A DNA stretch of 64,000 bases from Thermoplasmatales archaeon SW_10_69_26. Its GTDB lineage: Archaea > Thermoplasmatota > SW-10-69-26. The notes below the pieces were generated by a model. The model saw nothing but the letters and a program-made list of their open reading frames with translations, was not told where the DNA came from and ran no database searches. Positions 55,375-64,000 of the stretch are shown piece after piece. The DNA is taken from contig PXUB01000025.1 of the NCBI GenBank assembly GCA_003009755.1, positions 3,275-67,274 of the forward strand, written 5' to 3'. Numbering within the stretch: position 1 is the stretch's first letter; each line of letters starts with the position of its first letter. The position numbers were made by a program, and so were the translations under genes.

Positions 55375-57780
55375 ATGCCCCAGCGCTCGCCGCAGATCGA
55401 GGAGAAAGCTTGGGACGTCGACCTGGAGGAGGACGTCCTGGCGGATCTTCGCGACGAGCCCGTCGACCACGTCGACCCCACGCAAGCCCCGGCCGAGTCG
55501 GTGTTCGTCATCGACACGCCCCCGCCGTACCCGAGCGGGACCTGGCACATCGGCGCGGTCGCCCAGTACAGCCTGATCGACGTGATCGCTCGCAGCAAGC
55601 GGATGAGCGGCGAGCGCGTCCTGTTCCCCTGGGGACTGGACCGCAACGGGATCAACATCGAGCAGGTCGTCGAGGAGGAGTCCGGCAAGCCCCTGCAGGA
55701 GTGGGACCGGGCCGAGTTCGTCGACGAGTGCCGCGATGCGATCCAGGAGAACAGCGAGAGCCTCGAGCGGACGGCGAAGCGCATCGCGATGAGCTGCAAC
55801 TTCGAGGACACCTACCGCACCGACGACCCCGAGTACCGCGCCCTGACGCAGAAGGGCTTCATCCAGCTGTGGAAGGACGGCGCGATCACCGAGGACCTGC
55901 GCCCGAACAACTACGATCCCGAGCTGGGGACCACGATCGCCGACGCCGAGGTGTTCTACGAGGAGCGCGAGACCGATCTCGTCCACGTCAAGTGGACCGT
56001 GAAGGAGTCCCAGGAGGAGATCGTGATCGCGACGACGCGGCCCGAGCTCATCTGCGCCTGCCAGGCCGTGATCGTCAACCCCGACGACGAGCGCTACCAG
56101 CACCTCGTCGGCAAGCACGCCGAGCTGCCGCTGTACGACCGCACGGTCGAGATCCGCGAGCACCCCCACGTCGACCCCGAGTTCGGGACCGGCACGATGA
56201 TGGTGTGCTCCTACGGGGACCAGGCCGACGTGCGCCTGTTCCGCGAGCTGGATCTGGATCCGATCAAGGCGATCGACCAGACCGGCGAGATGACGGAGGC
56301 CGCCGGACCCTACGCCGGGCTCGCCGTCGAGGACGCCCGCGAGAAGATCAAGGAGGATCTCACCTCCAAGGACCTCGTCGCGGAGACCGAGCGCGTCGAG
56401 CAGCAGTTCCCGATCAGCGAGCGCTCCGACGCCGCCGTCGAGATCGTGCCGATCGAGGAGTGGTACGTCTCGCAGACCGACGTCAAGGACGAGATGCGGC
56501 GCATCGCCGAGGAGATGGACTTCCATCCCGACAAGCACCGCCAGCTGCTGCTGGACTGGATCGACACCGTGTCCATCGACTGGCCGGTGTCCCGGCGCCG
56601 CTACTACCACACCGAGATCCCGATCTGGTACCTCGAGGACGAGGACGGCGAGGCCGACTACGTCGTCGTCCCGCCCGAGGGCCCCTACTACAAGCCCTGG
56701 CAGGAGGACCCGCCCGAGGACAGCATGGTGTACGACCGGGAGACGCGCGAGAAGCGCGGTCGCCTGGACGCCTTCCTCGAGGAGTACGACGGGTTGACGG
56801 TGCGCGGCGAGGAGAAGGTGTTCGACACCTGGATGGACTCCAGCCAGTCGAACCTCTTCATCACCGGCTGGCACGAGGACGAGGCGGCCGGCTTCTTCAA
56901 GGAGAACTTCCCCGTGGCCCTGCGCCCGCAGGGTCGCGACATCGTCCGCACCTGGCTGTACTACACGGCGCTCAAGTCCCACCTTCTCGAGGACGACCAG
57001 CCGTTCGAGAACGTCTGGATCACCGGCCTCGGCATGGACGAGCACGGGCGCAAGATGAGCAAGTCGCTGGGGAACGTGATCGAGCCCAGCGAGGTGCTCG
57101 ACGAGTACGGCGCCGACGCCTTCCGGTTCTGGATCGCCAGCGAGTGCACGATCGGTGACGACTACCGTGTCCGAGAGGAGAAGATCGAGGGCGCGCGCAA
57201 GTTCATCACCAAGCTGTACAACGTCGCCCGGTTCCTGTCGATGTTCGAGCCGCCCGAGGAGCCGGCCGATCCGGCCACGCACGACGTCAACGCCTGGATC
57301 CGTGCCGAGTTCAACGAGACGCGCGACACTTGCCTGGAGGGCTACGAGGAGTTCGACCCCTTCGAGCCGGCGAACGCGATCCGCGACTTCGTCTGGAACC
57401 TCTTCGCGCCCCACTACATGGAGATGGTCAAGTCCCGCGCCTACGACGACGACTGGGACACGATCCGCACCCTCCAATCCGTCGTCAAGGGTACGATCGA
57501 GCTGCTGGCTCCCATCGCCCCGATCGTCACCTACCAGCTGTACCGCGAGCTCTACGGCGAGAACGTGCACGAGCAGTCCTTCCCCGACCCGCTCGAAACG
57601 GCCGACCCCGGGCTGGCGGATCTGACCGAGACGGTCACCGAGTTCAACAGCGACGTGTGGAGCGAGAAGAAGGAGATGGGCATCTCGCTGGGCTCCTCGA
57701 TCGAGGGCGTGACCGTGCCGGACGAGCTGGCTCCCTTCGAGCCCGATCTCGTCGACATGCACGGCCTCGAGGACGCCTGA
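55375..57780 (+). CDS. valS: Valyl-tRNA synthetase (archaeal type)
   Basis: DTPPPYPSGTWHIG, TTRPE, FGTG, DTWMDSS, RPQGRDIVRTW and KMSKS. Confidence 0.95.
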   Translation: MPQRSPQIEEKAWDVDLEEDVLADLRDEPVDHVDPTQAPAESVFVIDTPPPYPSGTWHIGAVAQYSLIDVIARSKRMSGERVLFPWGLDRNGINIEQVVEEESGKPLQEWDRAEFVDECRDAIQENSESLERTAKRIAMSCNFEDTYRTDDPEYRALTQKGFIQLWKDGAITEDLRPNNYDPELGTTIADAEVFYEERETDLVHVKWTVKESQEEIVIATTRPELICACQAVIVNPDDERYQHLVGKHAELPLYDRTVEIREHPHVDPEFGTGTMMVCSYGDQADVRLFRELDLDPIKAIDQTGEMTEAAGPYAGLAVEDAREKIKEDLTSKDLVAETERVEQQFPISERSDAAVEIVPIEEWYVSQTDVKDEMRRIAEEMDFHPDKHRQLLLDWIDTVSIDWPVSRRRYYHTEIPIWYLEDEDGEADYVVVPPEGPYYKPWQEDPPEDSMVYDRETREKRGRLDAFLEEYDGLTVRGEEKVFDTWMDSSQSNLFITGWHEDEAAGFFKENFPVALRPQGRDIVRTWLYYTALKSHLLEDDQPFENVWITGLGMDEHGRKMSKSLGNVIEPSEVLDEYGADAFRFWIASECTIGDDYRVREEKIEGARKFITKLYNVARFLSMFEPPEEPADPATHDVNAWIRAEFNETRDTCLEGYEEFDPFEPANAIRDFVWNLFAPHYMEMVKSRAYDDDWDTIRTLQSVVKGTIELLAPIAPIVTYQLYRELYGENVHEQSFPDPLETADPGLADLTETVTEFNSDVWSEKKEMGISLGSSIEGVTVPDELAPFEPDLVDMHGLEDA

Positions 57781-57792
57781 GGGGGACCCACG

Positions 57793-58410
57793 ATGACGGA
57801 AGCGCTGCGATCGGCGACACGCTGGATGGCCGCGGCCACCGCCATCGCCGCCGTCGCCTTCGGCTTGCTCACCGCCGGCCAGCTCGACCTCGCGACGTAC
57901 GCGGGCCTGGCGGGCGCCCTCCTGTACGCGCTCGCCGGTCTCCGCATCGATCGCGCACTGGCGGACCGGGACGCCGGGGACCGCATCGACTACCCGTTCC
58001 CCCTCGGCCAGCGCGGCCGTCGGCTCGCTTGGACGGCGCTCGTGGCGGCCATCGGCATCGCCGGCTTCACGTTCGCTGCCCCCGTGTCGGTCGCTCTCCT
58101 CGGGGATCTGGGCCTGATCCTGGCCGGCGCCGGGGCCCTGCTGGCGCCGCCGATGGTGGTCATGGTCGCGATCTGGACCGCCGACGGGCTCTCCCTGCGC
58201 AGCGGTCACGAGGCCCCAGGCGACCCACTGATCGGGGCGGCCGGCGCGCTCGCGCTGGCGCTCGTGTTGGCCGTGGTCACCGCCACCACCCAGTTCCAGG
58301 CCAGCTTCGTGCTGCTGGCGGCTTTCGGCGGTCTCGTGCCGGCCCTGTTCACGCTGTGGAGCCTGATCCGGCTCGACCAGGCGCTGGCCACCCTTGTCCC
58401 CTCAGCTTAA
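57793..58410 (+). CDS. Hypothetical multi-pass membrane protein
   Basis: About six hydrophobic helices. Confidence 0.7.
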   Translation: MTEALRSATRWMAAATAIAAVAFGLLTAGQLDLATYAGLAGALLYALAGLRIDRALADRDAGDRIDYPFPLGQRGRRLAWTALVAAIGIAGFTFAAPVSVALLGDLGLILAGAGALLAPPMVVMVAIWTADGLSLRSGHEAPGDPLIGAAGALALALVLAVVTATTQFQASFVLLAAFGGLVPALFTLWSLIRLDQALATLVPSA

Positions 58411-58438
58411 CCAGGCGCGAGGCGTTGGGCCCGCGACC

Positions 58439-61006
58439 GTGCCCGCCGACCACCGCCTACCCACGACCGTGCGGCCCACCCGCTACGAGCCCCACCTGGA
58501 GGTCGGGCTCGCGGCCGACACCTTCGAGGGCCGCGTCACGATCGACGTGGTGATCGAGGACCGTTGCTCGAGGATCGAGCTGCACGCCGACGGTCTCGAG
58601 GCCCAGGCGATCGAGCTCGCCACCGACGAGGCTACGATCGAGCCCGAGCTGCGCGAGCAGCCCGATGATCGCTGGATCCTCGACCTCCCGCGCACCCTCG
58701 AACCCGGCGAGGCGACGCTGTCGATCACCTACGAGGGCGAGATCGGCGACGACATGACCGGCCTGTACCGGTCGGAGGCCGGCGAGGAACGCTGCCTGGT
58801 CACCCAGTGCGAACCCTCGGACGCGCGCTCGGTGTTCCCCTGCTTCGACGAACCCACGTTCAAGGCCGAGATCGCCTGGCGGATCCGCGCCGACGAGGAT
58901 CAACAGGTGCTGGCCAACGGCTCCCTGGCCGAGACGCGCGAGCACGAGGATGGCACCGCCACGCGCGTGTTCGATGCCACGCCGCCGATCGCCAGCTACC
59001 TGGCGGCGATGGCCGTGGGCGACTTCGAGGCGAGTGACCCCGTCGACCACCACGGCGTCCCGTTCCGCGTGTGGGCGCTGACCGACGCCGAGGAGCTCGG
59101 CCAGCGAGCCCGCGACCAGGCCGCGCGGTTGACGAGCTGGTTCGAGGCGTACTTCGAGCAGCCCTACCCCTACGCGACGTACGACCAGTTGGCCGTGCCG
59201 AGCTTCAGCTTCGGCGCGATGGAGAACGTCGGCCTCGTCGTCTTCCGCAAGCCCCTGCTGTTGCTCGATCGCGAGATGTCGACCTGGGACGAGGAGAAGG
59301 CGCTGGACCGCGTCGTCGCGCACGAGCTGGCGCACATGTGGTTCGGCAACCTCGTCACGATGGCCTGGTGGGACGACTTGTGGCTCAACGAGGCCTTCGC
59401 CGAGTGGATCGCCCACGAGGCCCTCGACCAGCTCGAACCCGGTCACGAGATCTGGCACGCCTTCCGCCAGCGGACCGACCAGGCCCTGGCCACGGACGCG
59501 CTGGACAGCACGCACGCCATCTACCACCCCGTGCAGACGCCGGCCGAGGCCATGGAGATGTTCGACGCCATCACGTACGGCAAGGGATCGGCCGTGATGC
59601 GCATGCTCGAGGCCTACCTCGGGCCCGAGACCTTCCGCCAGGGCCTGGCCAGCTACATCGAGACCTTCGCCGAGGACAACGCCCGCGGCAGCCAGCTGTG
59701 GGACCACCTGGCCCAGGCCAGCGACGAACCCGTCACCGAGATCATGCGGGCCTGGGTCACCCAGCCCGGCCACCCCTGCGTGGCGATGCGGTTGGTGGAC
59801 GAGGGCGTCGTCGAGCTGACCCAACGCCACCACCGGGCGCGGCGGACGACGACGCTGCAGGCGGCCACGTGGCCGGTGCCGGTCGTGCTCCGGTGGGCCG
59901 ACCGGGCCGGCGTCCACGAGACGAGCGTGCTCCTCGAGGGCGAAAGCACCGAGATCGAGCTCGACCCCGCGGGGGAGATCGCCTGGCTGGTGGGCAACGC
60001 CGACCAGGGCGGTTTCTACCGCGTCGACCACGGCCCCGAGCTGGGTCAGCGCCTGCGCGCCAACGTCCGCGAGCTCTCGCCCGCCGAGCGGTGGGGCCTG
60101 ATCCGGGACAGCTTCTCCCTGGTCAAGGCCGGCCGCCGGTCGATGGACGACCACCTGAGGCTCGTCGACGAGACCGCCACGGGCCAGGCGCACTTCGCGT
60201 TCGTGGACGATCTCGTCGGCCACGTCCGCGAGCTCGAGCGCATGCTCGAGACCCACGGCGACGCCGAGGCGCTGGCCGGGTTCCGCTCCTGGGTGATGGC
60301 CGCCTTCGGGTCCGCGCTCGAGGAGCTGGGCACCCACGCCAAGCCCGGCGAGAAGCCGGCCCGCCGCCACCGGCGAGGCACCGTCCTGATGGCCCTCGCC
60401 GGCATCGGGGGCGACGAGGCGACCCTCGACCCCGTGCTCGAGCAAGCCGAGACCGAACGCAGCGACCCCGAGGAGATCGATCCCGAGCAGGCCCAGGTGG
60501 CCGTGCGCGTGGCCGCCCGCCACGGCGACCACGGGACCTTCGAGACGTTCCGCGAGACCTATCTGGCCCGCCGAGATACAGGGGACCCGCCCCAGCAGGT
60601 CGAAGGCTACCTCCACAGCCTTCCGCTGTTCCGCGAGGACGAGAGCCTCGAGGCCCTGCTGGGCATGGTGGCCGACGGCGAGATCCCCCAACAGTCGATC
60701 GGGCCGCTGCTGGAGACGATGCTCACGCAACCCCACGCCCAGGGGGCCGCGCTCGACCACGTCGAGGCCCACGCCCAGGACCTGCTGGAGACGACCGGGC
60801 CGGCCTGGATCGCCCGCATCGTCGAGGCGATCGGCCACGTCGGCGGCGACCGACGTCAGCAGGCCCGCGCGTTCCTCGAGGGCGAGATCGGCGAGATCGC
60901 GCCCGAGAGCACCGAGCGCGCGCTGGAACGCCTCGATCAGAGCGAGGAGCTGGCCGAGGCCGGCGTGGCCGAGGAGCTGGCCGCCTGGGCGCGCGAGCAC
61001 GCGTGA
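58439..61006 (+). CDS. M1 family aminopeptidase
   Basis: FPCFDEP, GAMEN, HELAH...WLNEAFA and YGKG. Confidence 0.95.
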   Translation: MPADHRLPTTVRPTRYEPHLEVGLAADTFEGRVTIDVVIEDRCSRIELHADGLEAQAIELATDEATIEPELREQPDDRWILDLPRTLEPGEATLSITYEGEIGDDMTGLYRSEAGEERCLVTQCEPSDARSVFPCFDEPTFKAEIAWRIRADEDQQVLANGSLAETREHEDGTATRVFDATPPIASYLAAMAVGDFEASDPVDHHGVPFRVWALTDAEELGQRARDQAARLTSWFEAYFEQPYPYATYDQLAVPSFSFGAMENVGLVVFRKPLLLLDREMSTWDEEKALDRVVAHELAHMWFGNLVTMAWWDDLWLNEAFAEWIAHEALDQLEPGHEIWHAFRQRTDQALATDALDSTHAIYHPVQTPAEAMEMFDAITYGKGSAVMRMLEAYLGPETFRQGLASYIETFAEDNARGSQLWDHLAQASDEPVTEIMRAWVTQPGHPCVAMRLVDEGVVELTQRHHRARRTTTLQAATWPVPVVLRWADRAGVHETSVLLEGESTEIELDPAGEIAWLVGNADQGGFYRVDHGPELGQRLRANVRELSPAERWGLIRDSFSLVKAGRRSMDDHLRLVDETATGQAHFAFVDDLVGHVRELERMLETHGDAEALAGFRSWVMAAFGSALEELGTHAKPGEKPARRHRRGTVLMALAGIGGDEATLDPVLEQAETERSDPEEIDPEQAQVAVRVAARHGDHGTFETFRETYLARRDTGDPPQQVEGYLHSLPLFREDESLEALLGMVADGEIPQQSIGPLLETMLTQPHAQGAALDHVEAHAQDLLETTGPAWIARIVEAIGHVGGDRRQQARAFLEGEIGEIAPESTERALERLDQSEELAEAGVAEELAAWAREHA

Positions 61007-61071
61007 GCCGGTAGGATCGCCGGCCCCTCCCGGCGAAGGGCTTTCACGGGGTCGGCCCCTGGTCGCGGCGG

Positions 61072-61893
61072 ATGAGGGAGGCCGCCCAGACCCAGGACGA
61101 GCCCACCCAGCCGACCAGCTGGCAGCGGGTGCCGCCTGCCGACGCCGACGCGCTCGTCGTCGGCGCCCCCTTCGACGGCACCAGCGGCGGCCGCCCCCGC
61201 CAGGCGCGAGCGCCCGACCTGTTGCGCTCGGCGCTGGAGCTCGCCGAGACCGACGACGGAGCGCCGGTGTGGGACGCGGGCGACGTGCTCGTGGACCCCA
61301 TCGAGCCGGAGCCGACCTTGGCCCGGTTGGAGGCCACGATCGAGCGAGCCTGCGCGCAGGCGCCATCGGCGCTGCCGGTCGTGCTCGGTGGCGAGCACAC
61401 GGTCTCGCTGGCAGCGGTCCGGGCCCTGCAGCCGGCCTCGATCGTGTCCCTGGACGCCCACCCCGACCTGTGGGACGACCAGCACGGCCGCTCGATCGCG
61501 CAGGGCACCTGGCTGCGGCGGGCTTGCGAGCGCTCGGACGCCGAGGTCGTGGTGCTTGGCGCGCGAGCCGCCCGCGGCGCCGAGACCGAGGCGATGGAGG
61601 AGCTGGGCGTGCGGACCGAGCTGCCGGCCAAGCTGCCCGAGCCCGTGTACCTGACGGTCGACATCGACGTCCTCGACCCCCAGCAGGCACCCGGCGTGGT
61701 CTGGCCCGAGCCGGACGGGCCGGGCCTGGACGAGGTCGCCGAGCTCGTCGGGGCGGTGGCTGGTGACCACGAGTTGGCCGGCGTCGACCTGGTGGAGGTG
61801 AACGCGGCCGGTCCCGGGCCGACGGTCGACGCGGCGGCCCACCTCCTGCAGCAGGCCTTGGCGGCCGCTGGCGGCGACGCTGGGACGCGGTGA
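61072..61893 (+). CDS. Agmatinase/arginase family ureohydrolase
   Basis: GGEH, DAHPD, DIDVLDP and DLVEV. Confidence 0.88.
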   Translation: MREAAQTQDEPTQPTSWQRVPPADADALVVGAPFDGTSGGRPRQARAPDLLRSALELAETDDGAPVWDAGDVLVDPIEPEPTLARLEATIERACAQAPSALPVVLGGEHTVSLAAVRALQPASIVSLDAHPDLWDDQHGRSIAQGTWLRRACERSDAEVVVLGARAARGAETEAMEELGVRTELPAKLPEPVYLTVDIDVLDPQQAPGVVWPEPDGPGLDEVAELVGAVAGDHELAGVDLVEVNAAGPGPTVDAAAHLLQQALAAAGGDAGTR

Positions 61894-61928
61894 GAGGAAG
61901 AGGAGAGGAAGGCGGGGCCCGGCCCCGC
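61894..61928 (-). terminator. Hairpin plus C/T tract after pdhB
   Basis: GCGGGGC/GCCCCGC stem followed on the minus strand by CTTCCTCTCCTCTTCCTC. Confidence 0.55.
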
Positions 61929-61946
61929 TAGCGAGGGAGGCCCGGG

Positions 61947-62975
61947 TCAGAAGTCCACGGTCTCGACGATGCCTTCCTTGATGCGGGGCACGTCGGGCAT
62001 GTAGGCTTGCTCGCGAGCGAGCAGCGGGGTCTGCACGTCGGGCGCGGTGACGCGCTTGACGGGCGCCTCGAGGTGCAGCACGGCCTCGTCCATGATGCGG
62101 GCGCTGATCTCGGAGGCGATGCCGAGCGTGCGGTGGGCCTCCTGCACGACCACGCAGCGGCCGGTGTCTTCGACGCTGTCGACGATCGTCTCGCTGTCGA
62201 GCGGGGACACGGTCGGCAGGTCGATCACGGTCGCCGAGATGTCGTGCTCCTCCTCGAGTTCGGCGACGGCCTGGCGCGTGCGGTAGAGCATGTGGCCGAA
62301 GGCGACGACGGTGACGTCCTCGCCCTCCTCGAGCACCTGCGCAGGCCCGATGTCGGGCAGCTGGTCGGTGTCGACGTCCTCCTCGGGCACGGGCTCGCGG
62401 AACTTGCGGTACAGGGCCTTCGGCTCGAGGAAGACGACCGGATCCTCCGAGCGGATGCTGGCCTTGAGGTAGGCCCAGGTCTGCTGCGGGCTGCGGGGGA
62501 TGACGACCGTGAGCCCGGGCGTGTGGATCCAGTACGTCTCGCGGGACTCGCTGTGGTGCTCCAGCGCGCGCACGCCGGCGCCGTAGGGCATCCGAATCGT
62601 GACGGGCACGTTCATGCCGCCCTGGGTGCGCTTGCGGAAGCGCGCCAGGTGGGATTCGATCTGGTGGAAGGCCTGGTAGCTGAACCCGCTGAACTGGAGC
62701 TCGGGCACGGGCCGCATGCCGTTGATCGCGAGGCCGACCGCGGTGCCGATGATGCCGGTCTCGGCCAGCGGCGTGTCGACGACGCGGTCCTCGCCGTACG
62801 TCTCGACGAGGCCGTCGGTGGCGCGGAAGATGCCGCCGTCCCAGCCGACGTCCTCGCCCATGATCATGACGCGGTCGTCGCGCGCCAGCTCCTGGTCGTG
62901 GGCCTCACAGATGGCCTCGACCATCGTCATCTCGCTCGTCTCGACGTCCTGGGTCAGCTGGGTGGCCTTAGCCAT
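61947..62975 (-). CDS. pdhB: 2-oxoacid (pyruvate) dehydrogenase E1 beta subunit
   Basis: GEDVG..GGIFRAT, DTPLAE, EHHSES and FLEPK. Confidence 0.93.
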   Translation of the reverse strand: MAKATQLTQDVETSEMTMVEAICEAHDQELARDDRVMIMGEDVGWDGGIFRATDGLVETYGEDRVVDTPLAETGIIGTAVGLAINGMRPVPELQFSGFSYQAFHQIESHLARFRKRTQGGMNVPVTIRMPYGAGVRALEHHSESRETYWIHTPGLTVVIPRSPQQTWAYLKASIRSEDPVVFLEPKALYRKFREPVPEEDVDTDQLPDIGPAQVLEEGEDVTVVAFGHMLYRTRQAVAELEEEHDISATVIDLPTVSPLDSETIVDSVEDTGRCVVVQEAHRTLGIASEISARIMDEAVLHLEAPVKRVTAPDVQTPLLAREQAYMPDVPRIKEGIVETVDF

Positions 62976-64000
62976 GGTGATCACCCCACACATCGTGGCG
63001 GTCCCAGTAGTCGGTGAACTCCTCGCGCTGCTGGGCGAGGTAGGGCGGCTCGTCGGAGTAGGCGAAGTCGAACATGTCCTCGGGGTCGCCCAGCTCCTCG
63101 GCCTTGTCCTCGAAGGTCTCGACGGCTTCGGCGATCTCTTCGGTGACCTCCTCCTCGATCGTGTCGTGGTCGCCCTCGTCGAGGACGTCCTTCTCGAGCA
63201 GGTAGGTGCGGAAGCGGTCGATGGGGTCGCGTTCGCGCCACGGCTCGACGTCCTCCTCGTCACGGTACTTGGTCGGGTCGTCGGCCGTGGTGTGAACGTT
63301 CATGCGGTAGGTGATCGCCTCGATCATCGTCGGGCCGTCGCCGGCGCGGGCGCGATCGACGGCGCGCTTGGTGGCGTGGTAGACGCCGAGGATGTCGTTG
63401 CCGTCGACCTGGATGCCCGGCATACCGTAGGCGTGGGCCTTCTGGGCCAGCGTGTCGGAGGCCGTCTGGCGCTCGCGGGGGACGCTGATCGCCCACTGGT
63501 TGTTCTGGCAGAGGAACACCGTCGGCGTCTCGAAGACGCCGGCGAAGTTCATCGCCTCGTGGAAGTCGCCCTCGCTGGTGGACCCGTCGCCGAAGTACGT
63601 GATCGTGACGCGGTCGTTGCCCTTCAGCTTGGACGCCCAGGCGATCCCGGTGGCGTGGCAGGTCTGGCTGGCGATCGGGATCGCGATCGGGGTCTGGTTC
63701 TCCTCGCCGGTGAGCTCCATGCCGTGCTCGTACCCGGCGGCGTACAGCAGATCGTCTTCGACCTCGAGACCGCGCCAGAGGTTCGCCGTGAGCTCGCGGT
63801 AGCTTTGCACGAACCAGTCGTCGTCCCGCGTGGCGTAGATGCTGCCCAGTTGGGCGGCCTCCTGGCCGTGGGAGGGCGCGAACGTGCCGATGCGCCCCTG
63901 GCGCTGGAGCTTCATCCGACGTTCGTCGAACTTGCGGGACTTGACCATGGTCCGGTAGAGGTCGACGAGATCGCTGCTCGGGATCTGGGGTTCGAGCTCC
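62968..64000 (-). CDS. pdhA: 2-oxoacid (pyruvate) dehydrogenase E1 alpha subunit (5' end beyond window)
   Basis: LQRQGR, GQEA, GDGSTSEGDFHE, NNQWAIS and HTTADDP. Confidence 0.93.
   Translation of the reverse strand, partial: ELEPQIPSSDLVDLYRTMVKSRKFDERRMKLQRQGRIGTFAPSHGQEAAQLGSIYATRDDDWFVQSYRELTANLWRGLEVEDDLLYAAGYEHGMELTGEENQTPIAIPIASQTCHATGIAWASKLKGNDRVTITYFGDGSTSEGDFHEAMNFAGVFETPTVFLCQNNQWAISVPRERQTASDTLAQKAHAYGMPGIQVDGNDILGVYHATKRAVDRARAGDGPTMIEAITYRMNVHTTADDPTKYRDEEDVEPWRERDPIDRFRTYLLEKDVLDEGDHDTIEEEVTEEIAEAVETFEDKAEELGDPEDMFDFAYSDEPPYLAQQREEFTDYWDRHDVWGDHHG

Noticed and set aside
1-64000. CRISPR array, tRNA or rRNA genes
   Set aside because: No regularly spaced repeats, cloverleaf or rRNA signature was found in the intergenic regions by eye.

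Overview
This is a GC-rich archaeal chromosomal window encoding very acidic proteins. The archaeal uS15-DHH-Pcc1 operon, archaeosine TGT, form III RuBisCO and DEGVSPVIAVILMVAITVVLAATVYVWVSGF pilins suggest a halophilic member of Thermoplasmatota (inference; no marker search was run). Core content: a split MetE plus MTHFR methionine operon, glmM-glmU, rbcL(III) with AMP phosphorylase, nfeD and stomatin, nadA with a degenerate nadB, sod, tgtA, serS, valS, an M1 peptidase, an agmatinase-like gene and pdhA/pdhB. Accessory content: three toxin-antitoxin-like pairs, tandem pilins, many secreted or lipoprotein genes, and a decayed island (about 12.4-21.7 kb) holding IS1595 and IS605 remnants and a large VWA surface protein. 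The best novelty candidate is an NAD locus where nadA sits with a motif-degenerate NadB, sod and a NAD-kinase-fold/wHTH fusion lacking the GGDG motif. Others are a 636-bp in-frame module flanked by direct repeats inside a VWA domain, a mycobacterial-type MTHFR, and a structured RNA candidate upstream of rps15. No CRISPR array, tRNA or rRNA was recognised. Several frameshifts, including one in serS, may be assembly errors.
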